Assembly (NCBI RefSeq): GCF_004010195.1
Contig: NC_057746.1
Coordinates: 16,874,820 to 16,938,819 of the forward strand
Direction of reading: 5' to 3'
DNA from: Chiloscyllium plagiosum
Taxonomy: Eukaryota
DNA length: 64,000 nucleotides
In this document: piece after piece, positions 39,521 through 54,215 of the stretch
Numbering within the stretch: the stretch's first letter is position 1
How the letters are laid out: each line of letters begins with the position of its first letter
Translations under genes and position numbers: made by a program
The notes under the pieces: model-generated
The model's input: only the letters and a program-made list of their open reading frames with translations
Told to the model about the DNA's origin: nothing
Databases searched by the model: none

Positions 39521-40090
39521 ATTGCTGAGTTAGTTAGTGCAGTGCAGCGCAGCTGGTAGCGAATGTGTTGGGGTTGAGGGGATCTCACTGAGACATCACC
39601 GATTTGGAGACTTCTGACTGGGATAAGGTGTGGGTGTGTAGGGGGAAGGGGGTAAATGGGGAGAACCTGCCACTCTCCTTTCATTGTACAAGTGTTTTGC
39701 AAAAAAAAAAGTTTTTTTTATCCTGATTTGAATATAGGTAACAGATACTGCCTAAGGCATCAAAGTCTCTGACCCAGACAAATCAGAATCTCTGCCTTTA
39801 CGACCCCTCTTGGAAAAAAATGATTTGGAGATGCCGGTGTTGGACTGCATATACAAAGTTAAAAATCACACAACTCCAGGCTATGCTCCAACTGGTTTGT
39901 TTAGAAGCACTAGCTTTCCAAGCCCTGCTCCTTCATCAGGTGGTTCTTAAAAGAGCCGTATCGTCACCTCCCCCTTCCCCCCCCCAAAAAAATGCACCAT
40001 GAATAACCAAAGATGGCTAAATTTTAAGACCCTTTAATCTTATACATTACATTGACAATAACCATGCAAACATGGACTACTACATTCCAG

Positions 40091-41375
40091 GCGAAAGTGA
40101 GGACTGCAGATGCTGGAAATTACACTCGAGAGTGTGGTGTTGGAAAAGCATAACAGATCAGGCAGCATCTGAGGAGCAGTAAAATTGACGTTTCGGACAA
40201 AAGTCCTCCATCAGGAATGAGGCTGGGAGCCTCGGGAGTTGTGAGATAAATGGGAGGGAGTGGGGCTGGGGGGAAGGTAGCTGAGAGTGCAGTAGGTGGA
40301 TGGAGGTGGGGGTAATGGTGATAGGTCAGAGGGGATTAGATTAGATTACATTAGATTAGATTACATTACTTTACAGTGTGGAAACAGGCCCTTCGGCCCA
40401 ACAAGTCCACACCGACCCGCCGAAGCGCAACCCACCTATACCCCTACATTTACCCCTTACCTAACACTACGGGCAATTTAGCATAGCCAATTCACCTGAC
40501 CTGCACATCTTTGGACTGTGGGAGGAAACCGGAGCACCCGGAGGAAACCCACGCAGACACGGGGAGAACGTGCAAACTCCACACAGTCAGTCGCCTGAGG
40601 CGGGAATTGAACCCAGGTCTCAGGCGCTGTGAGGCAGCAGTGCTAACCACTGTGCACCGTGCACAGTGGAGTGGAGGGTGGAGTGGATAGGTGAGAAGGA
40701 AGATGGACAGGACAGGTCATGAGGGTGATGCTGAGCTGGAAGGTTGGAACTGGGATAAGGTGGGGGAAAGGGAAATGAGGAAACTGATGAAATCCACATT
40801 GCCATGGGGTTGGAGGGTCCCAAGGCGGATGATGAGGCATTCTTCCTCTAGGCATCAGGTAGTAAGGGTTTGGCGGTAAACGTGGCCCAGGACCCGCACG
40901 TCCTCGGTGGAGTGGGTAGGGGAGTTGAAGTGTTTGGCCACAGAGCAGTGGATTTGGTTGATGCGTGTGTCCTGGAGATGTTCTCTGAAGCAATCTACGA
41001 GTAGGTGTCCTGTCTCCCCGATGTAGAGGAGACCACGTCAGGTGCAATGGACACAGTTGATGACATTGGTGGAGGTACAAGTAAATTTCTGTCAGATGTG
41101 GAAGAGTCCTTTGGGGCCTTGGACAGAGGTGAAGGCGGAGGTGTGGGTACACACTTTGCACTTCTTACAGTTTTGTACTTCCTGCAGTGGCAGGTGAAGG
41201 TGCTGGCTGGGGAGGGTGGGTTGGTGGAGGGTGTGGTTCTGACGACGGAGTCGCGGTGGGAATGGTCTCTCCAGAATCCTGGCAGGGAAAAATATATCTG
41301 CTGGTGAGGTCCATTTGTAGATATGGAGGCTTGGAACTGGGATAATGTTGGGGGAGGGGGAATGAGGAAACTGGT
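40091..41375 (-). mobile_element. Penelope-like element (GIY-YIG region plus pLTR) with nested HE1 SINE (40336-40662)
   Basis: Colinear with 12770-13345 and 22218-22430. The nested SINE has an (atcta)n tail and little divergence. Confidence 0.85.
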
Positions 41376-41379
41376 GAAC

Positions 41380-44300
41380 GTGGTGATCAGAGACTCTCTA
41401 TGCAGAGGCACAGACAGATGTTTCTGCAGCTGGCAACAGAAAATCAGAATGGTGTGTTGTCTCCCTGGTGCCAGGATGAAGGATGTCTCAGGGTGCAGAA
41501 TGTTCTCAAAGAGGAGAGGGACCAGCAGGAAGTCATTGTACACATTGGAATTAATGACATAGGAAGGGAACAAGATGCGATTCTGAAGGGAGAATACAAA
41601 ATGTTTGACACGAATTTAAAAAGGAGGTCATTGAGGGTAGTAATATCTGGATTACTCATGGTGCTATGAGCCAGTGAGGGCAGGAATAGGAGGATGGAGC
41701 AGATGAATGCATAGATGAGGAGCTGGTGCAGGGGAGAAAGGTTCACATTTTTGGATCATTGAAATCTCTTCTGGGGTAGAAGTGACCTGAACAAGAAGGA
41801 CAGAATGCACCTAAATTGGAAGGGGACTAATATACTGGCAGAGCTGCTTGGGAGGATTTCAACTAATAAGATGGAGGGGGTAGGACCAAGGGAAATAGTG
41901 AGAAAAGTGATCAATCTGAGACTGGTACGTGTTTTCCCCCACGATCCAACAGTAGAGCCTTCCTATGAAACCTTTCGTAAGCTGAAATAGCGTAAAGCGA
42001 AGAAACGTAAATTTATATGGGAAAATTTTCACCTTTTTCTTGTAAAAGCAAAATTTCTCTTTGATTTCTTTCGGTTGGCGAAAATAGGAACTAACATAAG
42101 TCTTTTGTAAAAAACGAAGTGGCATAAAGTGAACTTTCAAAAAGTGGGCAATACCTGTACAGTTGGGAAAGGGAAAGAGTCGAACAGTCAGGGCAGGCCG
42201 GAACAAAGCATAGAACAAGGTAAGACTGATTAATTAAACTGCATTTACTTCAATGCAAGACGCCTAATAGGAAGGCAAATGAACTCGCAATGGTTAGGAA
42301 CATGGGACTTCAATATCATGACAATTACAGAAATGTGGCTCACAGATGGACAGGACTCCCTGCTTAATGTTCCAGGATACAAATGTTATACGAAGGATAG
42401 AAAGGGGGGGGGGGAGCAAGAGAAAAGGGGGGGGGGGAGCAAGAGAGGAGGGATGTGGTATTTTTGACAAGGGGTAGTATTACTTCGGAACCATACTTAG
42501 GGAGGATATTCCTGGGAATATATTCGGGAAAGTTATTTGGGTGGAACTGAGAAATAAACAAGGGATGATCATCCTATAGGGAATGTCTTATAGATCCTCC
42601 AATAGTCAATAGTAAATTGAGAAATTAACTTGTAAGGAGGTTTCAGTTATCTGGAAAATTAATAGGGTGGTTATGGTAGGGGATTTTAATTTTCCAAACA
42701 TACACTCAGACTGCCATAGTATTAAGGGTTTAGATGGAAATGAATTTGAGTACAAGAAAAGTTTCTGATTCAGTAAGTGGAGGTACCTACTAGACAAGGT
42801 GTAAAACTTGATCTACTCTTGGGAAATAAGACAGGGCAGATGACTGAGATGTCAGTGGGAGAGCAGTTTGGGGCCAGCAACCATAATTCTATTAGTTTTA
42901 AAATAGTGTTGGAAAAGGATAGACTGGATCTAAAAGTTGAAGTTCTAAATTAGAGGAAGACTAATTTTGATGGTATTCAGCAAGAAATTTCAAAAGCTGA
43001 TTGGGGGCAAGTAACGGGATGGTTGCGAAATGGGAAGCCTTCAAAAATGAGATAACGAGAGTCCAGAGATAGTATATTCCTGTTAAGGTGAAAGGAAAGG
43101 CTGGTACCTGTGGTGAATGCTGGCTCACCAGAGAAACTGAGGATTTGGTTTAGAAAAAAAAAGGAAGCACATGTTGGGTATAGACAGCAGCGATTGAATG
43201 AATCCTTAAAATATAAAAGCATTAGGAGTAGACTTAAGAGGGAAATCAAGAGGGCAAAAAGAGGACATGAGAGAGCTTTGGCAAAAACGGTTAAGGAGAA
43301 ATCAAAGGGTCTTTATTGGTACATTAAGACCAAAAGGGTAACTAGGGAGAGAATAAGGCCCCTCAAAGATCAGCAAAGCAGTCTACGTGTGGAGTCGCAG
43401 GAGATGGGGGAGTAACTAAACAAGTATTTTGCATCAGTATTTACTGTTGAGAATGACCTGGAAGACAAAGAATGTGGGGAAATAGATGGTGAAATTTTGA
43501 AAAATGTCCATATCACTGAGAAGGTGGTATTGGATGTCTTGAAACACATAGAAGTGGATAAATCCCCAGGATCTGATCAAGTATACCCAAAAACTTAGTG
43601 AAAAGCTTGGGAAGTGATTGCTGGGCCCCTTGCTGAGATATTTTTGTCTTCGATACTCACTAGCAAAGTGCTAGAAGACTAGCGGCTGGGCTAATGTGGT
43701 GCCATTATTTAAGAAAGGCGGTAAGGAAAAGCTACAGAACTATAGACTGGTGAGCATGACAAAGGTGGTAGGCAGGTTATTGAATGGAATCTTGGGGGAC
43801 AGGATTTACGTGTATTTGGAAAGACCATTCAGTACTGATCAGGGATAACATGGTTTTCTGCATGGGAAAGCATGTCTCATGAACTTAATTGAGCTATTTG
43901 AAGAAGGACGAAGAGGATTGATGAGGGCAGAGTGGTAGACATGGTCTATGTGGGCTTCAGTTAGGCATTCGACAGCTTCCTCACGGGAGACTGGTTAGCA
44001 AGATTTGATCCCATTGAATACAGGGACAGCTAGGCATTTGGATGAAGAGTGCCTGGAAGGTAGAACAAAGTGGGTGGTAGTGGAGGGTTGCTTTTCAGAC
44101 TGGAGGCCTGTGACCAGTGGTGTGCTGCAAGGATCTGTGCTGGGTCCTCAACATTTCATCATTTATATAAATGATTTGGATGTAAACATAGGAGGCGTGG
44201 TTAGGAAATTGGAGGTGTAGTGGACAGTGAAGAAGGTTACCTCAGAGTACAAAGGGATCTTGATCAGATAGCCCAATGGGCTGAGGAGTGGCAGATGGAG

Positions 44301-45045
44301 TTAAATTTAGATAAATGCGAGGTGCTGCATTTTGGAAAAGTAAATCAGAGCAGGACGTGTACACTTAATGGTAAGGTCCTGGGGAATGATGCTGAGTGAA
44401 AGACCTTGTCATGCAGGTTCATAGTTCCTTGAAAGTAGAGTCACAGTTAGATAGGATAGTGAAGAAGTTTGGTATGCTTTCCTTTATTGGTCAGAGCATT
44501 CAGTATAGAAGTTGGGAGGTCATGTTCCAGCTGTACAGGACATTGGTGAGGTCACTTTTGGAATATTGCATGCAGTTCTCATCTCCTTCCTATCAGAAGG
44601 ATGTTGTGAAACTTGAAAGTGTTCATAAAAGATTTACAAGGATGTTGCCACGGTTCGAAAGTTTTAACTATAGGGAGAGGCTAATTTAAGTGGAGCATTG
44701 GATGCTGAGGGGTGATCTTATAGAGGTTTATAAAATCATGAGGGGCATGGACAGGGTAAATAGACAAGGTGTTTTCCGTCGGTTGGGGGAGTCCAGATCT
44801 AGAGGGCATAGGTTTAGGGGGGCATTTTAAGAGGCAACCTTTTCACACTGAGGGTGGTGCGTGTATGGAATGAGCTTCCAGAGGAAGTGGTGGAGACTGG
44901 TCTACTCAGAACATTTAAAAGCATCTGGATGGGTATTTGAGTGGGAAGGGTTTAGAGGGATATGGGACTAAATTAGGCTGGCTTGTCTGGTCGGCACAGA
45001 TAAGTGGGACCAAAGGTTTATTTCTGTGCTGTACGTGTCTATGAT
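41380..45045 (+). mobile_element. Decayed CR1 family B copy (ORF1 3' half, ORF2, 3' tail)
   Basis: [46 protein letters not shown]. Confidence 0.9.
41928..42157 (-). mobile_element. 230-bp Tc1/mariner-pogo (Tigger-like) MITE with TA target duplication
   Basis: TA at 41926-41927 and 42158-42159; imperfect TIRs (cgtgttttcccccac / caggtattgcccac). The sister CR1 copy shows the empty site gactagtacagttgg near 57857. Confidence 0.75.
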
Positions 45046-47569
45046 TGGATGAGTCCCTCATGGTCACCTCAGCCAATGCAGAAAAATGAATCCACACTGT
45101 TGATACCACTCTGAATTGCAACCAGCCAGGCATTTGAGCTCACTGACCAAAGCAGAGTGACTGCAGAGTGTACCTTGTTTCAGAAACACTGCAAGATCCT
45201 GCCCAGCATCATTTGACAGTACATAACCAACTTATAAAATCTCCCATCTCCAAGGAGCAGACTAATGGGAACACCACCATCTGCAAGTTCACCTTCATGT
45301 CTCTCAGCATCCTACCTTGGAACTGTATCACTGGTCCTTCACTGTCACTGGACTATAATCTGTGAACTCGCTCTATGTTGCAGGGAGAAACATGAAAGAG
45401 GAGTCCTAAGTTCTGTGTTCCATTGTACAAGTGACCTTTACTCAGAACTCCATTACCACAATTGTGGAAGAGGCCTGAGACCACCCTGAATCTGGCTTTC
45501 ACCTGGGGCTTAGTTGCCCTCTGAAATACAGCTCAGATCAGAAGTCAGTGACGCAATGGGTTCCCCAACTGAGTACAAATTTTTATGCCTTTAATGTTGC
45601 AACAATTACGTGCAAACTTTACATCATTGTTAGGCTCACCTTCTACCCTTTACTAAATAACAAACTTGGCACTGTGGCTAAAAGAGGCCTTACAAAAGTG
45701 CTCCGTACTAAAATGCTTATATGTTTTTAAAACTGCCTGTTTACACAAACGTGAATAACTTACGTATTGTATCTTCTGAAGGAGAATCTTATCCTGTATC
45801 TCTGTATGGAGACTGCAAGTCTAGCTTTGAACATCTGCTATATGTAACTGTCCACGCCTTTTGGCTATCATGTATTAACTAAAAAAGCACCAAGTGGCCA
45901 TCTTGTCAACTTTAGTCATGGTCTGCTACAACACTCTCCAACAACAGTGTGCCTGTTTATGCAAAAGGTGGACTGCAATGAATCAATATTCTTGCTCACC
46001 AATACTTTTTAAGGGTGCGTAACACTGTAACACTCAGATGTCATCAGCCAGTTAAAAAGGGGAAAAAGAGCAGTTTGTTGAATCCGCTACACTGGTACAA
46101 GAAAAGGCTGTTAAGCCCCTCTAATCTCTTGTGATGGAGTAGGAGGAGGATGTTTGGCCCCTTGAGTTTTTGACAGCATGCCATTCAGTTCTTCTGATCT
46201 GTGATGCTGGGTATTATAAGCAGAGAGGACAAATGTCTGCACTGCATATCAATTGACCTGGCTGCAAGATGAAAATCTCTATTGCCCCATGGGATCATGT
46301 GACTCTGCAAAGCCAGGAGTCAATGTATTGTTGCATTTCTAACAAAACATCTCCCTTTACAGTCAAAACTGTTGCTTGTATTTTCGCTTACATAATGAGT
46401 TGCCCAGTTTATCCATGATGGGCACGAATGACGGCATGCAACAGTAGTTCATTGTACGTGCTGGCATTCATCATTGGTTGTACTTCTGGGTGATGCTGCT
46501 TATCCTGGGAGTGTCATTCCCATGTCACTTGTAGTTTCTGCATGACGTATGTTCCATTTCCAATATTGGGGTTTTGTGGGCAATGGGGGCTGATGCTTGA
46601 TTTTTAGCATGTGCAGATGTTGTATTCACATCTTAATTAGTCAGCTGCTGTGATGGAACGGTCACTCCCTTTGTGCTGTGGATGCAATGGTATAACTGGT
46701 TTTATTTGGGGAGATGATGGTCTAGTGGCATTATCATTGAACTATTAATCTTGACATTCTGGTAATGTTCTGGGGACCTGGGTATGAATCCTGCCACGGC
46801 AGATGGAATTTGAATTCAATAGATATCTGGAATTAGGAATCTAACAACAACCATGAAGCCATTGCCGATTCTTGGGGGAAAAACTCATCTGGTTTACTAA
46901 TGTCCTTCAGGCAAAGGAAACTGCCATCTGGCCAGGCCCAGCTGTGACTCTCGACCCACAGCAATGTAATTGATACTTTGAGGCAAACACAAGAGACATT
47001 TTAAAATCAGTTTCTGCAAGTTTGGAAATCAGCGAAGAAAAATTATGCAGCCTTGAGACAATTGAAACAATTGAAACAACACTTTGAGACAATTGAAGAA
47101 TAAGGAAATAATCAATAGATATTAGTAAAGGCTGGACTTCAAATCTGTCACAGAAAGTATGTAATGTTTTATTATAACATTGTTGTAAATGTACATTGTA
47201 AGTTTTTATTCAGCAAAATGGTATTCTAAGCAAAGTGATAACAAATACGGAGACAAAACCTTCATCACTGTCCTTGATGCTGTATAGGCTCAGTAAATTG
47301 GGAAACAAATTACTGCAGAATACTTCAATAAAGCATTCTGATGATTTCTGAAGTACTGCTGTAGGGTAAAATGATCACAAACATGAGAAAGTGCTTTCTG
47401 TGTCAGACATCACAATTAAACACACAGTTAAGTTAATCAATGAGTATACCCAGTTCGGCTGATTGGAATAATAAATTTTAAGTTAATGACATAAAAAAGA
47501 AGTTTTGAAAATGCATTGTGTTAACCAATTATCCAGCGCTGGGCAAAAGATAATTTCATAATTCAGAGT

Positions 47570-49000
47570 CTGCAGCACAGTCTGTAAGATGTGGCCCAGC
47601 ATATCCATTCAACCATTACCTTCAAGCTGGTGGATCAACCCTGGTTCAATGGAGAGTGCAAGAGGACATACCAGGAGCAGTGTCTAGTAGACCTGAAATG
47701 AGGTGTCAACCTGGTGAAGCCACTAAACAGGACTATTTGCATAAGCAGCAAATGATAGACAGAACTCAGCAATCTCGCAAACATTGGATCAAATCTGAAC
47801 TCTGCAGTCTGCTACATCAAATCATGAATGGTAGTGGTCAATTAAATAACTCATAGAGGACACGTCTCCACAAATATCCCCACCCTCAATGAGCAATGAG
47901 TAAGGATGAAGCTTTTGCAGCAATCTTCAGCCGGAAGTGCTGAGTGGATGATCCATCTCTGCCTCTGCCAGTAGTCCCCAGCATTGTGGGTACCAGTCTT
48001 CAGCCAATTCGATTCACTCCACATGATATCAAAAAAACAATTGGAGACAACGGATACTGCAAAGGCTACGGGCCCTGGGAACGTTCCAGCAATACTATTG
48101 GAGACTTGTGCTCCAGTACAGCTGCAACACTGGCATCTGCCTGACAATGTGGAAAATTGCCTGGGTATGTCTTGTACATAAAAAGCAGGAAAAATCCAAT
48201 CTGGCCAATTACTGCCCCATTCAGTCTACTGTTGATCATCAGTAAAGTGATGGAAGGTGTTCTCAGGAATAACTTGCTCAGTAATGCCCAGTTTGGATTC
48301 CAGCAGGATGGCTCACTGCTGAGCTCACTACAGCCTTGGTTCAAAATGAACAAAACTACTGAATTCCAGATGTGAGGTGAGAATGACAGCCCTTGACATC
48401 AAGGCCGCATTTGACCAAGTGTGGCATCAAGGAGCCCAAGCAAAACTGGAATCAATGAGTTACACGGGCACACTCTCCCATGGTTGGCATTGTATTGTAG
48501 GAAGATGATTGTGGTCACTTCAGCTCCAGGGATCTCTACAGGAATTTGTCAGGGTTGTATCCTGTGCCCAACAATCTTCAGATGCTTCATCAATGACTTT
48601 CCCCACCACCCTCAATCATAAGGTCAGAAATGAGAATGTTTGTTGATGAATGCAAAATGTTCAGCACCATTCACGACTACTCAGGTACTGAAGCAATCAT
48701 GTTTAAATACAAAGAGTTCAAGTTAACAGCCAGGCTTGCTCTGACAAGTGACAAGGAACAATCGTGCCAAACAAATGCTAGGCTTTAACTATCACTAATG
48801 AGAAACAATCTAACCAATGCCCCCTTGATTTTCAGTGGTGTTAGCATCACTGAATCTCCCATTATCTACATCCTGAGGGTTATTATTTAACCAGAAACTC
48901 AACTGGACTCACATCACAAACACTGGCTACAAGAGCAGGTCAGAGGCTAGAAATACTGCGGCGTGTAACTTGCCTCCTGACTTCTCAAAGCCTGTCCAGT
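47570..49000 (+). mobile_element. Decayed L2/CR1-group LINE ORF2
   Basis: DTAKATGPGNVPAILLETCAP, PFSLLLIISKVMEG, AQFGFQQ, ALDIKAAFDQVWH, QGCILCPTIFRCFIND. Confidence 0.8.
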
Positions 49001-50370
49001 ATCTGCCCCCAATCAACTTTTGAAAGTTGTTGCCTAATACCATCAAAGTTGGCCTTCCTCCGATTTAGAAATTCAACTGTTACATCTATTCTTTTCCATC
49101 ATTATTTTAAATGAATAGAATTATGCTCGCTGGCTCCCTCACTTACACCTCAATCACCTTCCCTACCTTATCTCCCAAGAGTAGAGTTTTGCACCTTCTG
49201 TAGTAGGTACATCCACATACTGAATCAGAAGATGTTTTTATACATGCTTAGTAAATTTCTCTCCATCTCAACCTCTCATCACTATGGCAGTCCCAGTCCA
49301 TGTTTGGAAAGTTAAAATCCCCATCAGAATCACCCCATTATTCTTACAGATAATTGAGATGTCCCTACAAATTTGTTTTTCAATTTCCCACTGACTACTG
49401 GCAGGGTCTATAATATAATCCCAATAAGGCAATCATCCCTTTCTTATTTCTCAGTTCCATAGAAAAAACCTCCCTGGATGTGTCCTCCCCAAATACAGCC
49501 ATAATGCTATCCCTTATCCAAAATGCCTCTCCTCCTCCTCTCTTGCCTCCATTTCTACATTCCTATGACATTTGCATCCTGGAACATTAAGTTGCCAGTC
49601 CTACCTATCCCTTGCCTACACATCTGTAATTGCTGGGATATCCCAGTCCCATGTTCCTAACCGTGCCCTGAGTTCATCTGCCTGTTAAGTCTCTTGCATT
49701 GAAATAAATGCAGTTAATCAGTCCTATTTTGTTCTTTGCTTCATTCCTGCCTGTCCTGACTGTTTGATTTGCTCCTTTTATCAACTGTATCAGTCTCAGA
49801 TTGATCTCTTTCCTCACTATGTACCCACCTTCTCACCTCTCCCTCCCCCCAACCCCAAACCTTACGAGTTTACATCCCCCCGAGCAGCTCTAGGAAATCT
49901 CCCTGCCAGTAGATTAGTCCCTTTTCAGTTCAGGTGCAATCCGTCCTTGTACAGGTCACATTTACTCCAGAAAAGATTCCAATGATCCAAAAAATGTGAA
50001 CCCTTCTCCCCTGCACCAGCTCCTCAGCCACTCATTCATCTGCTCTATCCTCCTATTCCTGCCCTCACTAGCTCATAGCACCAGGAGTAATCCAGATATT
50101 ATTACACTTGAGGTCCTCCTTTTTAAATTCCTGTGTAACTTTCTATGTTGTCCCTTCAGAATCTCATCTTTTCCCCTTCCTCTGTCACTAGATCCAATGT
50201 GTACAACGACTTCCTGCTTCCTCTCCCCTTTGACTATATTCTGCACCCTCTCTGAGATATCCTTGATCCTGGCACCAGGGAGGTAACACAGCATTCTGCT
50301 TTTTTACTGCTGGCCACAGAAGTGTCTGTTTGTGCCTCTGACTAGAGAGTCCTCTATCACAATTGATTGC
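49000..50370 (-). mobile_element. CR1 family B fragment (ORF1 esterase to endonuclease)
   Basis: Minus ORF YLPGARIKDISERVQNIVKGE...VVVHIGSSD...IISGLL. Confidence 0.85.
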
Positions 50371-51709
50371 CTGGTAGCTGATTCCTCAAAGAATTCCAGC
50401 AGATTTGTCAGACATGACCTCCCCTTGATATAAAAAAAACATGCTGACTTTACTTATTTTAAACCATACACTTGCAAGCATTCAGAAATCATATCCTTCA
50501 CAATGGACTACAAAATCTTACCCACGACCAAGGTAAGGTGAATCTGCCTAAAATTTTCCATCTATTGCCTTACTCCCTTTTTAAACAGGGGTGTCATGAC
50601 TGGATTTTCCAGTCCTCAGGAACTCCCCCCTGATTTTAGCGATTCTTGAAAGATCACCACTAGCACCTCCAATGTCTCTTCAGCTATCTCCTCGAGAACT
50701 CTGATCCATGTGATTTATCCACCTTCAGGTCATTTAGTTTTTCTAGCACCAGGACTCAAGTGACAAAGTTACAGGGAGAGGTTAGACAAGCTCAGACATT
50801 TTTCTTTAGAGTGTAGGAGACTGAGGAGAGATCTTATACAAGTGTATAAGATCATGAGAAGCACAGATAGGGTGAATGCACTCAGTCTTTCTCCTAGGTT
50901 TGGAGACCCGCGGACTATAAGACATCAGTTTAGCATAATGGGGAAAGAAGAAATGGGATCCTGAGGGACAACTTGTTTTTATATACAGAGGGTGGTATGC
51001 ATATGGAATGAGCTACTAGTGGAAGTGTTGAGGCATGTATATTAACAACATTTAAAAGGCATTTGGACAAATACATGGATAGGGAAAGGTTCCGAAAGAT
51101 ATGGGCCAAGTGCAGGGAAATGGGGTTAGCGTGGATGGACTTTTTGGTCAGTATGGATCAGTTTGAGTTGAAGGGCCTGTCTCCATACTGCCGGACTCTA
51201 TAATGTCAACATTTATATTATCAAAACTAAGTAACCGGAGAGACTCACTTCTCTATGAAACTACTGGAGCTGGCAGAGTCAGGATCCACTGCTTGGAGAG
51301 GTGCTGGGCAGGGTCTTGAAGATGACATCTTGTCAGCCCTCTATATTCCAGCTCTGAACTCACAATGAGGGACTGGAATGGTACAAGGACATTATGTTCC
51401 AGTTAAGGCTCTTTGGTCTGAAAACCCACGCAAATTTCATATTTTAACTTCTCTAGTAATCACCTATGTGGTCATTTGTGAAATGTGTTTCTAAAGTCTA
51501 CGTACTCTACATCCACCATATTTCCCTGTCATTGTGTCTGTCCCCTCCTCAAAAGAACATTAGCCGTTTTGACAACATGTATCGCCACATTTTCAATCCC
51601 TTCTGTTTTTAATTATTAATTCATGATCATTTTATCCTTAAGACACTCAAAATTGTTGTTCCCCACATCAGAAGGATATGTCTTGAAAGAAGGACTGAAG
51701 ATAGAGACA

Positions 51710-53146
51710 GGAAGTGGGAAAATAAATTCATTTATTGTTGCAGCTTCAGCATAGACGTTACTGTCATGGATTCCAGATTGAGGATATTTGGTTTATCCTT
51801 TTCAACAGATAAACCTAAATGGTCATAAAATGCTAACTTTAGCAGGGTTTGGGGTTGACTGTGAAAGCAGGTGACCTGCAGTGTGAGAACAAAAAGGATA
51901 AACAGCTCAGTATAATCTCTGACTCCAAGAGAGAAGGACAGAAAACAGTGGTGCCTTGAATCTAAGACAGGAGAGCTGCAGACTGTGATTTCCCCTCTTT
52001 AATGAAGATTTGCACCAGAAAGTTTACAAATTGATAAGAGTGTGAAGATGGAAACAGCTGAAGTCAGAGAGCCTGACGCTACAGCATGACCTGGGCAGGA
52101 GATGGATTCACAACATCTCTTGCCATTGAACAGATTATACTACTATCTAGATTAGAGTGGTGCTGGCAAAGCACAGCAGCTCAGGCAGTTTCGAAGGAGC
52201 AGAAAAATTGATGTTTTGGGCAAAAGCCCTTCACCAGGAATGACCTTCATTCCTGATGAAGGGCTTTTGCCTGAAATGTTGACTTTCCTGCTCCTCGGAT
52301 GCTGCCTGACCTGCTGTCCTTTTCCAGCACCACTCTAATCTAGACTCTGATTTCCAGCATCTGCAGTCCTCACTTTTGCCCAGAATATACTACTGTATGG
52401 CAATGATTGCCTTCAATCAATCAGTCTCTAGTCTCAATGTGTAACAAGGACATAAAAAATGGTATTTAAGATGCAGGCATATTCGAACTGATTTCTGGGA
52501 CGTTCCCACTGACAAAAGGCTGATGAAGGGACCATGTGTACGTGCTGAATTGACTGACAGTATAGTGCATGGGGCATGACCAATGGGTGTTGTCCTGTAG
52601 AGAAGAAGTTTCTGCTCAGGAAAAATAATCCCACTATCCAACATTAAAAGTTGTTTCCTGAGATTTGGTCATCACCAGCAATACCAGCATTTGCTGTCCA
52701 GAGGGCAGTTAAGAGTTAACTTGCTCTGCAGTGACTTGTAGACCAGACCAGGTCAGGATTTCTATCCTGGAAGGGCATTAGTGAACCAGATGGCTTTTTA
52801 CAACAAACAATAATGGTTACAATTAGGCTCGCTCTTAACTCTAAATTTGACTGAATTCACTTTTCACCTCTGCCACAGTGGGATTTGAACCTGTGACCCC
52901 ACTGCATTAACGTGGAATTCTGAACTGTTAGGGCAGTGACCTTACCACTGCGCCACCAACTTGCCCAAATGTGGCACTCTCCTTATCACATCAAACATTG
53001 TAGATTCTTGACACAATTAACAAAATGCAAACATTTCATTAATCGAGATCATCGATGCAAAATCGCTCCAGAAATTGAAACAGATCAAGTTACAGGATTA
53101 TTCACAGCAATGGAAATATGGCTTCCAGCGATATCATCAGAGGCCA
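51710..53146 (-). other. Probable 3'UTR exon of MHC class I gene B (3' end uncertain)
   Basis: Acceptor tttctttctcttccacag at 53147-53148, homologous to gene A 6680. Minus-strand AATAAA at 51731-51736. Confidence 0.5.
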
Positions 53147-54215
53147 CTGTGGAAGAGAAAGAAACAGTTACAGAGCACAGGAAACCCAGAAGCATCCCCA
53201 CCAACATCAGCGGCAAAACCCAAAACTCCATTCCCCAAACATTACTAAAATCCACTTCTCAGAGCAGCAGAGGAAGATGAAGCTGTTCAGCCCCTCAATC
53301 ATGTTCCACAATTCAATGAGATCATGGGGATCTGTTACATCAATCCATTTCCCCCACCTTCCATCTGTCCTTTAGTAAGCAGATTTATAGATTTCTGTTC
53401 AAAGTTATCAACTTTGCTTCAATTTTGCAATAACTGTCTCTTGTGGAAGAAAGTTTGAACCATTTCCCACCCTATGTGGGGAAAAATTTTTCTTGTGTCA
53501 TTCTTGATACATCTGGTTCTAATTAGGCTGTTGCCTTCCCTCCTCCCTCACAATTCCGAGTCTTCTCGATCAGTGCAAACAGTTTCCCTCTGTCAACTGT
53601 ATCCACTTCTCTTAATAGATTAAAAATCTGCATCAATCAGCCCCTAACTTTCTACATTTCAGGGAAAAACCCTGACTTGTTCAATCTTTTTGCAATTTGA
53701 CCCTTGAAGTCCAGGTTTCATTCAGGTCCATCCACACTGCACTCCCTCCAAGATCCTAAACCTCATGATCTGGTCTCCTTAATTGCTCAGTTCTCCATCA
53801 GATCCAGACCCCACCCAACACACAGCATTCCACAAACACCTAGTAATTCAGAATCTTGGGAGAGCAGCACTAAACTGCAGGAAACAACTGCAGTGAGAAC
53901 TCTCAGAACATTGACTCCCTTAAGGAGGTTGAGTAACTGTCAGGAGGCCATATCCAGGATGAGATGTCTCTGTAACCCAAACCCCCATCACTCAAAAGGT
54001 ATCATAAGTCTCAGATCTGTACAGGAGAAGCATCTCCAGATGATCAGTCTGAAAGCTCAATGTCGAATTGCATAAGCTGGTCATCACACATGCAGAGAAA
54101 AACAGAGAGAGAGAGACTGAGCTCAGAGTCCACCCTCCAGATCATACAGATAACACCAGCCCCAATATCTCAATTAGAATGATCTACTCCCAACATTGAC
54201 AAACAGTATTCATAC

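Noticed and set aside
40590-40662. tRNA-like sequences with A/B boxes (also ~21480-21550, 24590-24665, 46715-46800)
   Set aside because: These are SINE heads attached to SINE bodies, not tRNA genes.
51710-51875. Separate terminal exon (acceptor ttctcacactgcag at 51876-51877, AATAAA at 51731)
   Set aside because: Plausible signals, but I saw no counterpart acceptor in gene A, while the 53147 acceptor is shared. Treated as part of the 3'UTR or flank.
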